A stretch of 64,000 nucleotides of DNA from a virus, in IMG/VR virus record IMGVR_UViG_3300045988_053091; one strand, 5' to 3'. Position numbers and translations under genes: made by a program. The notes below the pieces were generated by a model. That model was not told the origin of the DNA and did no database searches. It saw only the letters and a list, made by a program, of their open reading frames with translations. This document shows positions 1-8,780 of the stretch, one piece after another; positions within the stretch are counted from its first letter, which is position 1, and each line of letters opens with the position of its first letter.

Positions 1-772
1 GCTTCAAGGCAATCTCTAGTTCTGGATAACCGTACTGACCTACTTCAATATCAGCACGTGGGTTACGAACAGCAAAAGCCATTTCACGTTCATTAAATTT
101 GGCTACGATTCGATTGTCTAGTACTTGTACAAATCGTTCTCCCTTTTCAATAATCTTTCCTTTACCGTTAGTAGCTAAGAAGATTGTTGTGGGGTCTACG
201 GTATCAAATTTTATAAAGTTACCATCTTTATCGAATACCTTCTCAAAGTTAACTTGGTCATACATATAAGTTGCACGTACCATCTTCTTACAAAAAGCAG
301 TAAAATTATCCCTATTTTGGTCTTTGAATACTGCGGTATTTTCTAGAAAGCTTTCAATTCTTTTAATATTTGCAATGTCATGTGTGGATGGCTCTTGTTC
401 AATATCTTTCAGCCGAACCTCGTAACCTACACCTGTCTCAGAGTTTCTTGCAGGTTTACAATACATAGATACCTGATTTGACCGTGTATTAATAATTGAA
501 TTAAGAATGATATTATTACCAAACTTCTTCAACATTTTGTGTAAATCCTGAGAATTTCTAATAGAAGGTTTTGTCTTAAATCCGGGGTTTACTGACATGT
601 CACCAATTATAGGTTGCATGTATGCTACTGGTTTACCATTCATACCTTTCTCTACCGTTTCTGTTAACGGCTGTGCTTGAATTTCTTTAAGCAAGGTTTG
701 GTAGACTTCTTCGCTTTTAACGATGTCAGTATCTTCTTCTACACCCAACACTTTATCTAACCATTTTGGCAA
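1..772 (-). CDS. portal protein, N-terminal ~257 codons (gene continues past window start)
   Basis: Uninterrupted minus-strand frame from TTG 772-770 (GAGGT RBS upstream) to position 1. Translation ...RNSETGVGYEVRLKD...RNPRADIEVGQYGYPELEIALK resembles SPO1-like myophage portal proteins. Absent from ORF track because truncated. Confidence 0.45.
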   Translation of the reverse strand, partial: MPKWLDKVLGVEEDTDIVKSEEVYQTLLKEIQAQPLTETVEKGMNGKPVAYMQPIIGDMSVNPGFKTKPSIRNSQDLHKMLKKFGNNIILNSIINTRSNQVSMYCKPARNSETGVGYEVRLKDIEQEPSTHDIANIKRIESFLENTAVFKDQNRDNFTAFCKKMVRATYMYDQVNFEKVFDKDGNFIKFDTVDPTTIFLATNGKGKIIEKGERFVQVLDNRIVAKFNEREMAFAVRNPRADIEVGQYGYPELEIALK

Positions 773-788
773 CTTGATTACACCTACC

Positions 789-1133
789 TCATATATAAAT
801 TTTTATTCTTTGTTTACCGTTGAAGCTACAACCTTCCGGAAGTGTTAGTTCGACTTTGTGCATATCACTATAAAAGAAGCCTTTCTGACTGTCATTGACT
901 ACTTCATAGTCCTCTACAGCAACATTTCCTTCTCTATCAACTAATAAAACCTGTTTGTTATCTAAGATTCGTAGTATGCGGTAATTTTTATTATCTATAG
1001 CAGTATGAACTTGTACATTGTTTCCACCGTTTTCATAGTAGAGGTGAATAATTAGAATCCAGTCTCCTACAAAACCGTTTTGTTTAGCTAACTGTTTTAC
1101 TGCTTGCCATGTATCGTCCTGTAAGTATGCCAC
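789..1133 (-). CDS. hypothetical protein
   Basis: ORF track 114 aa; TGCTATATT-type -10 motif upstream (1218-1226, minus). Confidence 0.6.
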   Translation of the reverse strand: MAYLQDDTWQAVKQLAKQNGFVGDWILIIHLYYENGGNNVQVHTAIDNKNYRILRILDNKQVLLVDREGNVAVEDYEVVNDSQKGFFYSDMHKVELTLPEGCSFNGKQRIKIYI

Positions 1134-1227
1134 GTATTCTTACCCCCAAGCATTTGTACTAGTTTAAGTATACCACAGGTAGCCCTGTAACAATTTTTCA
1201 TCACTGTCTACTAATTTAATATAGCAC

Positions 1228-1252
1228 AAAAAAGAGGGCTATTTAGCCCTCT
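1228..1252 (-). terminator. intrinsic terminator after lysin gene
   Basis: 8-bp stem AGAGGGCT/AGCCCTCT followed on the minus strand by a T-run. Confidence 0.7.
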
Positions 1253-1261
1253 TAAGTCATG

Positions 1262-2206
1262 TTACTTAAATGTACCCCATGCTTTCTTACCTACAGGTCG
1301 TATAGGGATGTAACGTCCATCGTTTGCATAAATCCAGATGTATCCCTCAGCAGACTTCCAACCAAGGTATCTCACAGATTGTCCCGGATACAATGGTGTA
1401 GCTGTTGGAGAAGATAAGCTTGGTTTGTTCTTACGGGTAGTAATAGGAGCATTACCATTAATAAACGTAGCTTCTTCCTTCGTAAATCCGGCAGGTAGTT
1501 TAGGTTTGCTTCCCCCAACTCTATCTGAACCATATCCACCTTCAATGTCTTGGGAAAGAACCCATCCAAGTACTGTTCCTTTATTTACAATCAAGTATTC
1601 TTGATTAGAGTAAGAATAAGAAATTGGTCGTTGTTGTTTAACGTCAAATGTACCGCCTTTGACAAAGCTTGCCATCTTAGAACCTTTACTTGATGGAGAC
1701 CAGTTGGTAGCGTGTTTAAGTACTTTTACTTTTTTAGTGTTTGGTTTTGAAGGAGTGCTTCCACCTTTTAAACGATACACATACCAACCCATGCTATATG
1801 GACAAGTAGTTGCTTCGTTATCTACGTAAACACCGTTAGCCGTTGCTGATTTCCATGTACAGTGAATAATCTGTGTACTACTAATGAAGATAACCACGTG
1901 ACCTGCGGAACCACCACTTGCACCTTTTTTACCAAAGATAACAATGTCTCCACGTTTAGCTGACCATTCCTGATTTTGTGCAATCAGTTTAAAACCATTT
2001 TTTTCTAGCCAACTGTGCATACTATCTGTATTAAGTACCCAACCTGCATCACTAGCCCCTGCCTTACGTAAAGAATCATAGACAGTACCAGAGCAATCCC
2101 CTGTGCCATCTGCACCTGTTCGGGAGTAGTTCATTGAGTAAGTAATACCTCTTGCTTTTAGAGCGTACATGTTCGCAATTGCGGTTTCCATGTTAATGTT
2201 ACTCAT
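1262..2206 (-). CDS. endolysin, Amidase_5-like (phage peptidoglycan hydrolase) N-domain plus SH3b-like C-domain
   Basis: N-terminus MSNINMETAIANMYALKARGITYSM..DCSGTVYDSLRKAG..GHVVIF..IIHC matches the Cys-His phage amidase/CHAP-like fold. Start moved to ATG 2206 behind a GGAAGTG RBS. Confidence 0.8.
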   Translation of the reverse strand: MSNINMETAIANMYALKARGITYSMNYSRTGADGTGDCSGTVYDSLRKAGASDAGWVLNTDSMHSWLEKNGFKLIAQNQEWSAKRGDIVIFGKKGASGGSAGHVVIFISSTQIIHCTWKSATANGVYVDNEATTCPYSMGWYVYRLKGGSTPSKPNTKKVKVLKHATNWSPSSKGSKMASFVKGGTFDVKQQRPISYSYSNQEYLIVNKGTVLGWVLSQDIEGGYGSDRVGGSKPKLPAGFTKEEATFINGNAPITTRKNKPSLSSPTATPLYPGQSVRYLGWKSAEGYIWIYANDGRYIPIRPVGKKAWGTFK

Positions 2207-2309
2207 AGCTATCACTTCCTGCTTGTTTTTAAGTTACAGTTATAATATAGCATAAGAAAAAGACCCCCTAAAAAGAGAGTCTTTTTTTAATCTGTTAGTA
2301 TTTATTATT

Positions 2310-2918
2310 TTAGTACCAACCGTTGGCTAACCAGAAAGCTTGTGCATTTTCCCATGAACCATAACGTCCTGCAACATAAGCATCTGCTACACGTTCTTGG
2401 TTTTCTGGTGAGTAGTCACCGTTTAAGTAAGATGAATCTAGTTGGTAACGTCCAATGTAACGTCCGTTAGTAGCTGAGTAAGAACCACTAGATTCTTTTT
2501 GTGCAATCCATTCTTTTGCTGAGTTAGATGTAACGGCAGGAGCTTGTTCTACTGGTTCTTGAACAACTGGTGCCTGTTCAACTACAGGTGTTTCTTCTAC
2601 TACAGGCGCTTGTTCTACAACTGGTGCTTCTTGCACTGGTTGAGCTACAGGAGCTTGAACTTCACCGTTTAATGGTAATAATAGTTTGTCTCCAACATAA
2701 ATCAAGTTAGCATCTGAAACTTTGTCTGAGTTGGCTTGGTGAATTAGGTTAAAATCAATTCCGTAACGATTACCAATAGTTGATAATGTATCTCCGGATT
2801 CTACTTGCCAGTAAGTTTGTCCATTTTCTTGGATTTCGTCTGCGTGAGCTTTAGCTCCCAATCCTAATGATAATCCTAGTCCTAAAAGTCCTAATGTTGC
2901 AATTGTCGTTTTCTTCAA
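2310..2918 (-). CDS. secreted LysM protein with PVVEQ-type repeat linker and Apf-like C-terminal domain
   Basis: Signal peptide MKKTTIATLGLLGLGLSLG, LysM (GDTLSTIGNRYGI..YVGDKLLLP), APVVEQ repeats, C-terminus AKEWIAQKESSGSYSATNGRYIGRYQL...WLANGWY typical of Lactobacillales aggregation-promoting-factor domains. Confidence 0.75.
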   Translation of the reverse strand: MKKTTIATLGLLGLGLSLGLGAKAHADEIQENGQTYWQVESGDTLSTIGNRYGIDFNLIHQANSDKVSDANLIYVGDKLLLPLNGEVQAPVAQPVQEAPVVEQAPVVEETPVVEQAPVVQEPVEQAPAVTSNSAKEWIAQKESSGSYSATNGRYIGRYQLDSSYLNGDYSPENQERVADAYVAGRYGSWENAQAFWLANGWY

Positions 2919-3040
2919 GTTGTCGTTCTCCTTTGGGTTGTTTTAGTTTTATGTGTTGCTTACAGGAACTAATATAGCAAATTAATATTACAAAGGTAGT
3001 CCTAAATCATTACAGTTCTATTACATATTATTACAGTAAT

Positions 3041-3066
3041 AAAAAAGACCCACCCGAAGGTAGGTC
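3041..3066 (-). terminator. intrinsic terminator after amidase gene
   Basis: Stem GACCCACC/GGTAGGTC with CGAA loop, followed on the minus strand by TTTTTTATT. Confidence 0.7.
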
Positions 3067-3075
3067 ATTGTACTG

Positions 3076-4344
3076 TTACAATTTGTTAGTTCCACCAAGT
3101 TGTAACTGGTCAGAAATTCCTGTATTCCCTAATGGGTCGGAGCAGTAACGACTTAGGATATAGATGTCTTTACCACGTGCAGGAGATTTAGCATCTAGTG
3201 CATGAGCAAAAGCAAATCTACAGTTTCCTCGTTGCGCAATCGTTCCGTCATATAGTTTTTGAATATCAGGAGAAGCCTTGAATGAAGATTTTGTAACGTC
3301 AAAACGTACAATTTCTTTATTCGTTTTCTTATCCATAATGAATAAGAAGTGTTTGTCAGAGTTTCTACGTTTAGAAGATAAGTGCCATCCATGTAGTGTT
3401 ACCTGACCTTTGTCACCTCTGATTACGTCTAAACAACCACGGTTAATTAATGCAGGGGCTTTAAAGACTTTATCTTTTACGTAAAGCTCTTCTTTGCTAT
3501 CGTTGTTGTAACGTAACAAGAAGTAGTACTCTTTACCCATAAGATTTTGTGGAGTTAAGCCGTTAACAGTAAAACCAACTTCTGCCCCGTTAGGGTTAGA
3601 TGGGTATACTTTTTTAACGTCTTCACGAACTACACGTTTACCTTGGAAACGCCCAATTTCTTTGTTTGTAGCTTTATCCATAAAGTACAACCAGATAGAT
3701 TGCCCTTTTGTAGACTTGCTAGGAATGAACCATCCTTGTACGTTAAATGCACCAGAGTTTACATTCACAATATCAAAGAATGCTTTACGACTGTTTGTTT
3801 GACTAGGCTTAGGTGCGCTGTTATTTCCACCTGCCATAAATTGTTTTGCTTGGCGTACAACTTCGTCTACGTTCATACCTCCGGGACATGCTGTTGAAGT
3901 CACTTCGTTATGACCTAAGACATGTTGGCGGTCACATGGGATACCGTAACGTTTACAAATATCTGCTACTAATCGAGCACAGTTTGTAACCGTACGAGGG
4001 TCAATTGACCAGTTAGGAGCACCACTTGAATTTAAGTTTTCGATACCGATTGAGCGTTGGTTAGGGTTAGACATCTTAGGAATATCTGCACCACCAGTTC
4101 CTCCTGCGTGCCACGCTGCATATTGTTCACCTACGCAACCGATAATCTCTGTTGGAGTAACCTCATAGTGAGCAGATGTACCTGCACTACCACCCGCTAC
4201 CCATGTGTTCATAGCAACATCCTTGTTTGTTGTTGCGTTGTGATGTAGAACAATGCGGTCAATAGCAATACCGTTACGACTACCAGAGTTCATCAGTTTA
4301 GGGTTAACGCTTGTAATTAAACTACTAAATACTTCGCCTGCCAT
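3076..4344 (-). CDS. endolysin, N-acetylmuramoyl-L-alanine amidase (Amidase_2/PGRP type) with two tandem C-terminal wall-binding repeats
   Basis: IVLHHNATT..AHYEV..AWHAG..GHNEVTSTACPG zinc-amidase motifs. The C-terminal half holds two related ~110-aa modules (..GW...L.FMDK.TNKEI.RF..). Start moved to ATG 4344 behind an AGGAGG RBS. Confidence 0.85.
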   Translation of the reverse strand: MAGEVFSSLITSVNPKLMNSGSRNGIAIDRIVLHHNATTNKDVAMNTWVAGGSAGTSAHYEVTPTEIIGCVGEQYAAWHAGGTGGADIPKMSNPNQRSIGIENLNSSGAPNWSIDPRTVTNCARLVADICKRYGIPCDRQHVLGHNEVTSTACPGGMNVDEVVRQAKQFMAGGNNSAPKPSQTNSRKAFFDIVNVNSGAFNVQGWFIPSKSTKGQSIWLYFMDKATNKEIGRFQGKRVVREDVKKVYPSNPNGAEVGFTVNGLTPQNLMGKEYYFLLRYNNDSKEELYVKDKVFKAPALINRGCLDVIRGDKGQVTLHGWHLSSKRRNSDKHFLFIMDKKTNKEIVRFDVTKSSFKASPDIQKLYDGTIAQRGNCRFAFAHALDAKSPARGKDIYILSRYCSDPLGNTGISDQLQLGGTNKL

Positions 4345-4445
4345 CTTGCAACCTCCTGTAAAAAAAGTCACAAAAAAAGAGTCTTCTTTCCTTGTGCAAT
4401 GTTAATATAGCACAAGTAAAAAAGACTCTTTTTAATCAGGAAATA

Positions 4446-4802
4446 TTAGTTTTGTTCTAAGAATTGCTCAATTTCATCAATTTTTGTCTCTCCTGTGTAA
4501 TAGAAAATACATTCCAAGATAGTGGAAGACCGTCCATCTGTAAGGGTTACTTTTTCTCCTGCTTCAATTGCCACATCTAACCCAAAAGATTTATCAGCTC
4601 TAATTAAACCGATATTTTTAATAAATTTTAGTACCTCTTTGTCACCATCTGTTACTAAAACATTAGGAATTGGAATCATAACTGACTGGGGTTCTGGTAC
4701 ATGTAGATTGCTTGCAATCAAGGACTCTCTTTTTCCTTGAAGTGCACGCAATTCTTTGATTAATGCTTGGTTTAATGTTACTTTGGTTGTAGGGTTTGCC
4801 AT
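4446..4802 (-). CDS. hypothetical protein
   Basis: ORF track 118 aa; abuts upstream gene. Confidence 0.6.
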   Translation of the reverse strand: MANPTTKVTLNQALIKELRALQGKRESLIASNLHVPEPQSVMIPIPNVLVTDGDKEVLKFIKNIGLIRADKSFGLDVAIEAGEKVTLTDGRSSTILECIFYYTGETKIDEIEQFLEQN

Positions 4803-5630
4803 TTAGAAATACCTCATGCTTTCTTTAATTTGTTTAACGAGTTCTTGTAGTTCGTGTTTTTCTGCGACTTCATCCACTAATTCGTTAATGACAGCCTCAG
4901 CAAGACGTGCAGATTTAACCACGTTGTCTTTTTGGATTGCTAGTTCTTGTTGCTCTTTCTTCTGCTTTTCCATTTCAGCAGTTTTTTCTTCAATCAGCTC
5001 TTCTTTACGCTCCATGTATGCTTTAGGTGCGAATACAATGTTTACACGTACTTCTTGTGCTTGAAGGATAGAACTGCATCCGGATAAGTTAGGGTCTACA
5101 ATGGCATCCCCTAGTGCTAGTACCTCTCCGTTTTGTAAAGCTTCGACAAAGAGTTTATTGATTTTAATATCGTCTAACCCACGGTCAATAGCTAATCGGA
5201 ATAAATACTCATATTCGACAGGGTATTCCTCTCTAAAAACTTGGAACCCTAAAAAATAACCTGACATGAAATCATCGGGTTGTGGGTCTTGACGAAGAAA
5301 TTGATAATTTGAATATAAATCCTTTACAATCTCTGTCAGTTTCTCAATGAACAATTTGTAGTCTGCATCGCTTGCTTTTTCGACTAACAAGTCAGAGAGT
5401 GTTTGTTCGTTAATAATTACGTTTTCTTTCTCTGGCAACTCCTGTACATCCCCTTTCAGTATGTTTGTTAACTTCTTCGTTAGCTCAGTTGCCCTTTCAG
5501 TTAGCACAACTTGTGCCTTTTTTCTCAAATCAAAAATTGTCTTGACTGTTTGAGCTACAAAAAGATTATAGCATATAAACACAGTTGTTGAGAAGGCTAA
5601 AATTAAAAATAACTCAAAAGTTGAAATCAT
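4803..5630 (-). CDS. membrane-anchored coiled-coil protein
   Basis: N-terminal TM (ISTFELFLILAFSTTVFICYNLFV) then long charged helices. Start set at ATG 5630, which overlaps the upstream stop as ATGA. Confidence 0.55.
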   Translation of the reverse strand: MISTFELFLILAFSTTVFICYNLFVAQTVKTIFDLRKKAQVVLTERATELTKKLTNILKGDVQELPEKENVIINEQTLSDLLVEKASDADYKLFIEKLTEIVKDLYSNYQFLRQDPQPDDFMSGYFLGFQVFREEYPVEYEYLFRLAIDRGLDDIKINKLFVEALQNGEVLALGDAIVDPNLSGCSSILQAQEVRVNIVFAPKAYMERKEELIEEKTAEMEKQKKEQQELAIQKDNVVKSARLAEAVINELVDEVAEKHELQELVKQIKESMRYF

Positions 5631-6475
5631 GGCTCCCCAAGCGCTTCCAGTAGGGAACTCTTGGAAATTATATAACAACTACCACTTTTTTTAAGTCCGT
5701 ATTCTTTAAATAATTCTAGTGCTAACGGGTCATCAGTAGCATCAATCTTAGCACCTAAGCCAAGTTTACGAGCACGTAACAATAGTTGTGTAAATGCTAC
5801 ATAAGCCACTCCACTTGTAAGGTCGTCTGATTGGTAGAAAGCTAAATATAAATAGCTACCCTCTTTACGATAACCTGCCACACCACCAAGTTCTCCGGTT
5901 TCTCCTTGAAGAACTAAGTATGAAGAACAATCAGTTGAAAATGCCCCATTTAAACTACCTGCCTCAGTTTTAAGTTTAGCAATTTGTTTTGGGTCTATAC
6001 CATTATGGTCATCTCCAATAATTGTTTTGCTTAAATCTCTAGCATTTCTTGGCTCAACATTTTCCTCTGTTTGAGTGTCCTTATCTAATGGGTTTTTATT
6101 ATCATCATCTTCTCCGGAACTGTCTTCGTAGATAGTAGTCGTCATCATTTTACCATTTCTCATTACTCGTCTTTTAACTGGCTTCAACTTTGATAAATCT
6201 TTTTGACCGCCTTTAATTAAATAGTCATTTAGTGAATCACAACTATCAGCATAGCAGTATAGGTCATAAAAGGAGTTAAAACCATAAGCCTTCACAATAT
6301 GTGAATAGTCTTTTGATAATTTTTCATTTTCTGATATAACGTACCCGTAGTTTAACTTCTTGCCTAGCATACCTTCTAAAAAGGACTTACTGACTGTAGC
6401 TTCTACAGGTTTAAATTCTGCAACAGAGCTAAGAAGATTATCAACAAGAGCTTGGTATTCTTGATTGTCATTCAT
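5627..6475 (-). CDS. hypothetical protein, possible GNAT-like C-terminal region
   Basis: ORF track 282 aa. C-terminus LLLRARKLGLGAKI resembles an acetyl-CoA-binding R-x-x-G-x-G motif (weak). Confidence 0.5.
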   Translation of the reverse strand: MNDNQEYQALVDNLLSSVAEFKPVEATVSKSFLEGMLGKKLNYGYVISENEKLSKDYSHIVKAYGFNSFYDLYCYADSCDSLNDYLIKGGQKDLSKLKPVKRRVMRNGKMMTTTIYEDSSGEDDDNKNPLDKDTQTEENVEPRNARDLSKTIIGDDHNGIDPKQIAKLKTEAGSLNGAFSTDCSSYLVLQGETGELGGVAGYRKEGSYLYLAFYQSDDLTSGVAYVAFTQLLLRARKLGLGAKIDATDDPLALELFKEYGLKKSGSCYIISKSSLLEALGEP

Positions 6476-6578
6476 GTAAACGTCTCCTTTATTGTTATGA
6501 CAAGAAAAATAACTATTGCTATTATTGACAGGTAGTATAATAGCATATTATTTTTTGTCAATCAATAGCTAATTTGAT

Positions 6579-6712
6579 AAAAATGTCCTATTTTAAATTT
6601 TTGTCTCCCTTATATAATATATTATACTATATATACTTAATAACTAGATATAGGTATATAGATATATAGTATTAATATATAAGGACGTAGAAAAATTAAA
6701 ATAGGACATTTT
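6579..6712. repeat. AT-rich element E1 with ~22-nt terminal inverted repeats (AAAAATGTCCTATTTTAAATTTTT ... AAAAATTAAAATAGGACATTTT)
   Basis: Arms 6579-6602 and 6691-6712 are reverse complements. Interior TATATA-rich. Homologous copy at 12042-12179. Confidence 0.8.
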
Positions 6713-6718
6713 GCTTTT

Positions 6719-7540
6719 TTAAGTAAACTGAGTAAAAATATCAGGAGGTGTAGGGTTCAATTGAGTAGAAATCCAATCAGAGTTAAACCCATAGTCATCT
6801 GCCCCTGTAAATACGTTCATCAAATGTTCATAACCTAACATGGAATAAACACTAGCTTGTGAATAGTGGTCATCACCTTTACGTCCGATGGTTTGTCGGA
6901 ATCCTGTAGGGGATTTTTCATCCTCTTCATCACGAATTACTACATTTCCCCAGTGTTCAATGTAAAGCATTAGTTCACTATCCATTTTGTGGTAGAAACC
7001 AATAACTCCATCTTTCATGTTTGAGATGTATCGTTTATTCTGCATTAGCTTATCAGCAGATACCTTGTTACCTTGAACATTCCAACTTGGTACTAAGTTA
7101 CCTGTAGATTTAGGTGTAGATGGATATACACAACCAAATACACGGTCTTTACCATAAATCTGAATCAGTTTAGCAACTTTATCACCAGAGTCACCAACAT
7201 CGGCAACGATAATATCAGGTTCGTATGGTGCTAATTGTAATCGAATTGACTGAATATCTGTATCAATTGCATCAGGGTTTAATGGGTTAGCTTTACCTAC
7301 AGAGAACAATTTAATTAAGTCTACTTGACCATTCGTTCTGACGCCATGAATGGACACCCAGTGTCTGTTTCCCCAGTCAATGCCTACAGAGATAAACTTG
7401 TAATCTCCACGGTCTCTAGGAGATTCTGGGAGGTCTCCACGTCTGTTACGTTCTACGTCACCGGCATTAACAGTAAGTTTTTGGTCAGCATATGGATACG
7501 AATTACCGCTACTTTCGTAGTATTTTGTTACTGCTCTTGG
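6719..7540 (-). CDS. terL: terminase large subunit, exon 2 (nuclease domain); 5' boundary approximate
   Basis: The frame stays open upstream of the track ORF to about 7558. It contains GIDWG...DVGDSGDK...DDHYSQAS, like RNaseH-type terminase nuclease domains. No start codon or RBS of its own. Confidence 0.75.
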   Translation of the reverse strand, partial: PRAVTKYYESSGNSYPYADQKLTVNAGDVERNRRGDLPESPRDRGDYKFISVGIDWGNRHWVSIHGVRTNGQVDLIKLFSVGKANPLNPDAIDTDIQSIRLQLAPYEPDIIVADVGDSGDKVAKLIQIYGKDRVFGCVYPSTPKSTGNLVPSWNVQGNKVSADKLMQNKRYISNMKDGVIGFYHKMDSELMLYIEHWGNVVIRDEEDEKSPTGFRQTIGRKGDDHYSQASVYSMLGYEHLMNVFTGADDYGFNSDWISTQLNPTPPDIFTQFT

Positions 7541-8780
7541 CAGTCGGACTAGACTATATCATCAACCTATTTTTTGGTTTAGGTTGCTCTGCTTTACACT
7601 ACAAGTTTGACTTCCTGTTCTAAGTATGTCGATACCTTTTCTAATGTATCGAGTGAGTAGGGTACTTCCACTAATCGTAGCCCATGCTCACTTGCGTATT
7701 TTCGTTTTCTTTTATCACTTTCCTGTTGAAGTTCGAACCGTTTAGTTCCACCGAAGTGGGCTATTGGTTCATAATGTTGTATACCTTGGTATTCAATCAG
7801 CAACTGCTGACTAGGTATATAGAAATCATAGGATAGTGATTTTTTAAGTTCTAGACTAGGGAAGGTTTGTTGTTCAGTAAAATCCAAACCTATGTTTGTT
7901 AAGTACTTCCGAATCAATGCTTCACCTTTCGATGACTTACATCTAGGACACATGTTTTGGTGTAGCAGATGACTTGCCTTGATTTCCCACTCATTACCAC
8001 AGCGGTTGTGACGTACCAAAACTTTTTTCTTGCTACCCGTGTACTCAGATAGTACTGTATACTCTTTCGGAAAGCGCTCCTCTAATCTCTGAATAAACTG
8101 CTCTGTAGAGTACCTTTGCTCCTGCGCTGTCATGTCTCTTACGCATGTAGGGCATCGTGTTCCTCGAGATAAAAAGCTATTCGGAGAAACTTTCCATGAG
8201 TTACCACATAGTCTATGTTGGATTGCTACTTTGTTAGTAGCCCCTGTATACTCCCCTACAACGATGTACTCGTTATCCGTTAAGTTTGCAACCTCTTCTG
8301 CGAACTGCTCTTGTGTCTTCGGTTTAGCCCCTCGTAGCTTATTTCTACAATGAGGGCATCGGTTGCCATCCAAAAAACCTTTTGGTTTAACTAGATAAGT
8401 AGTATTACACGTTGTGTGAGTTATAGCTATTTTTGTTTTGTTATTTACATATTCACCAACAACTATGTATTCATTGTCAGTGAGTTCAGCTACTCGAGCT
8501 GTAAATGTTTCAGTGGTTTGTTTCCTTGCCATCTAATCACCTCTCAGTAATTATAATAGCATACTTAGAATGTCTTGTAGTTCTTATCTAGTTCTCACTA
8601 ACCCCGTTTGGTTAGCTACCTAGAAATTTAGTCGTTAGGCATTTACAAGCTTACGCTTGATTTAGCACGGGATTCCCTCTTTCCTTTTCAGGAGGCAGGG
8701 TCTCTTATCAGGATATTGGTTATTTTCCTATGCCCGTTTAACAGAGTTTTCGACAATTGTTACCAATTGAAGGGGCGTTA
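7541..8780 (-). mobile_element. intervening sequence in terL (group I intron-like) carrying an endonuclease ORF; boundaries +/- ~15 nt
   Basis: The terL frame is broken by a stop at 8778-8780 and resumes about 1.2 kb downstream. There is a 240-nt GC-richer non-coding 5' part (8540-8777). A possible P1 pairs GGGU with GCCC, giving a U.G at 8784. Confidence 0.6.
7594..8532 (-). CDS. intron-encoded homing endonuclease, three zinc-ribbon repeats plus Vsr/DUF559-like PD-(D/E)XK domain
   Basis: Three repeats of ..DNEYIVVGEY....C...W.V.P..F......CP.C.. then SYDFYIP..LLIEYQGIQHY. Own RBS GAGAGGTG and TGCTATTAT -10 motif upstream. Confidence 0.7.
   Translation of the reverse strand: MARKQTTETFTARVAELTDNEYIVVGEYVNNKTKIAITHTTCNTTYLVKPKGFLDGNRCPHCRNKLRGAKPKTQEQFAEEVANLTDNEYIVVGEYTGATNKVAIQHRLCGNSWKVSPNSFLSRGTRCPTCVRDMTAQEQRYSTEQFIQRLEERFPKEYTVLSEYTGSKKKVLVRHNRCGNEWEIKASHLLHQNMCPRCKSSKGEALIRKYLTNIGLDFTEQQTFPSLELKKSLSYDFYIPSQQLLIEYQGIQHYEPIAHFGGTKRFELQQESDKRKRKYASEHGLRLVEVPYSLDTLEKVSTYLEQEVKLVV

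Noticed and set aside
3820-3850. Internal translation start producing a free wall-binding domain from the Amidase_2 lysin, as reported for some enterococcal phage lysins
   Set aside because: The in-frame ATG in the linker (..KQFMAGG..) has no recognisable Shine-Dalgarno sequence upstream, so the sequence does not support it. It would need protein-level data.
1338-5064. Antisense or nested track ORFs inside the lysin and neighbouring genes (1338..1604+, 1372..1569-, 3195..3392-, 3643..3897+, 4057..4248+, 4522..4740+, 4816..5064+)
   Set aside because: Each lies entirely within a longer ORF that has clear domain motifs, has no RBS, and has low-complexity or Cys/Ser-rich translations typical of shadow frames. 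The same reasoning rejects similar nested ORFs elsewhere, for example 7325..7552, 8132..8353, 10119..10343, 21429..21866, 24987..25220, 36035..37317, 44570..44821 and 60866..61183.
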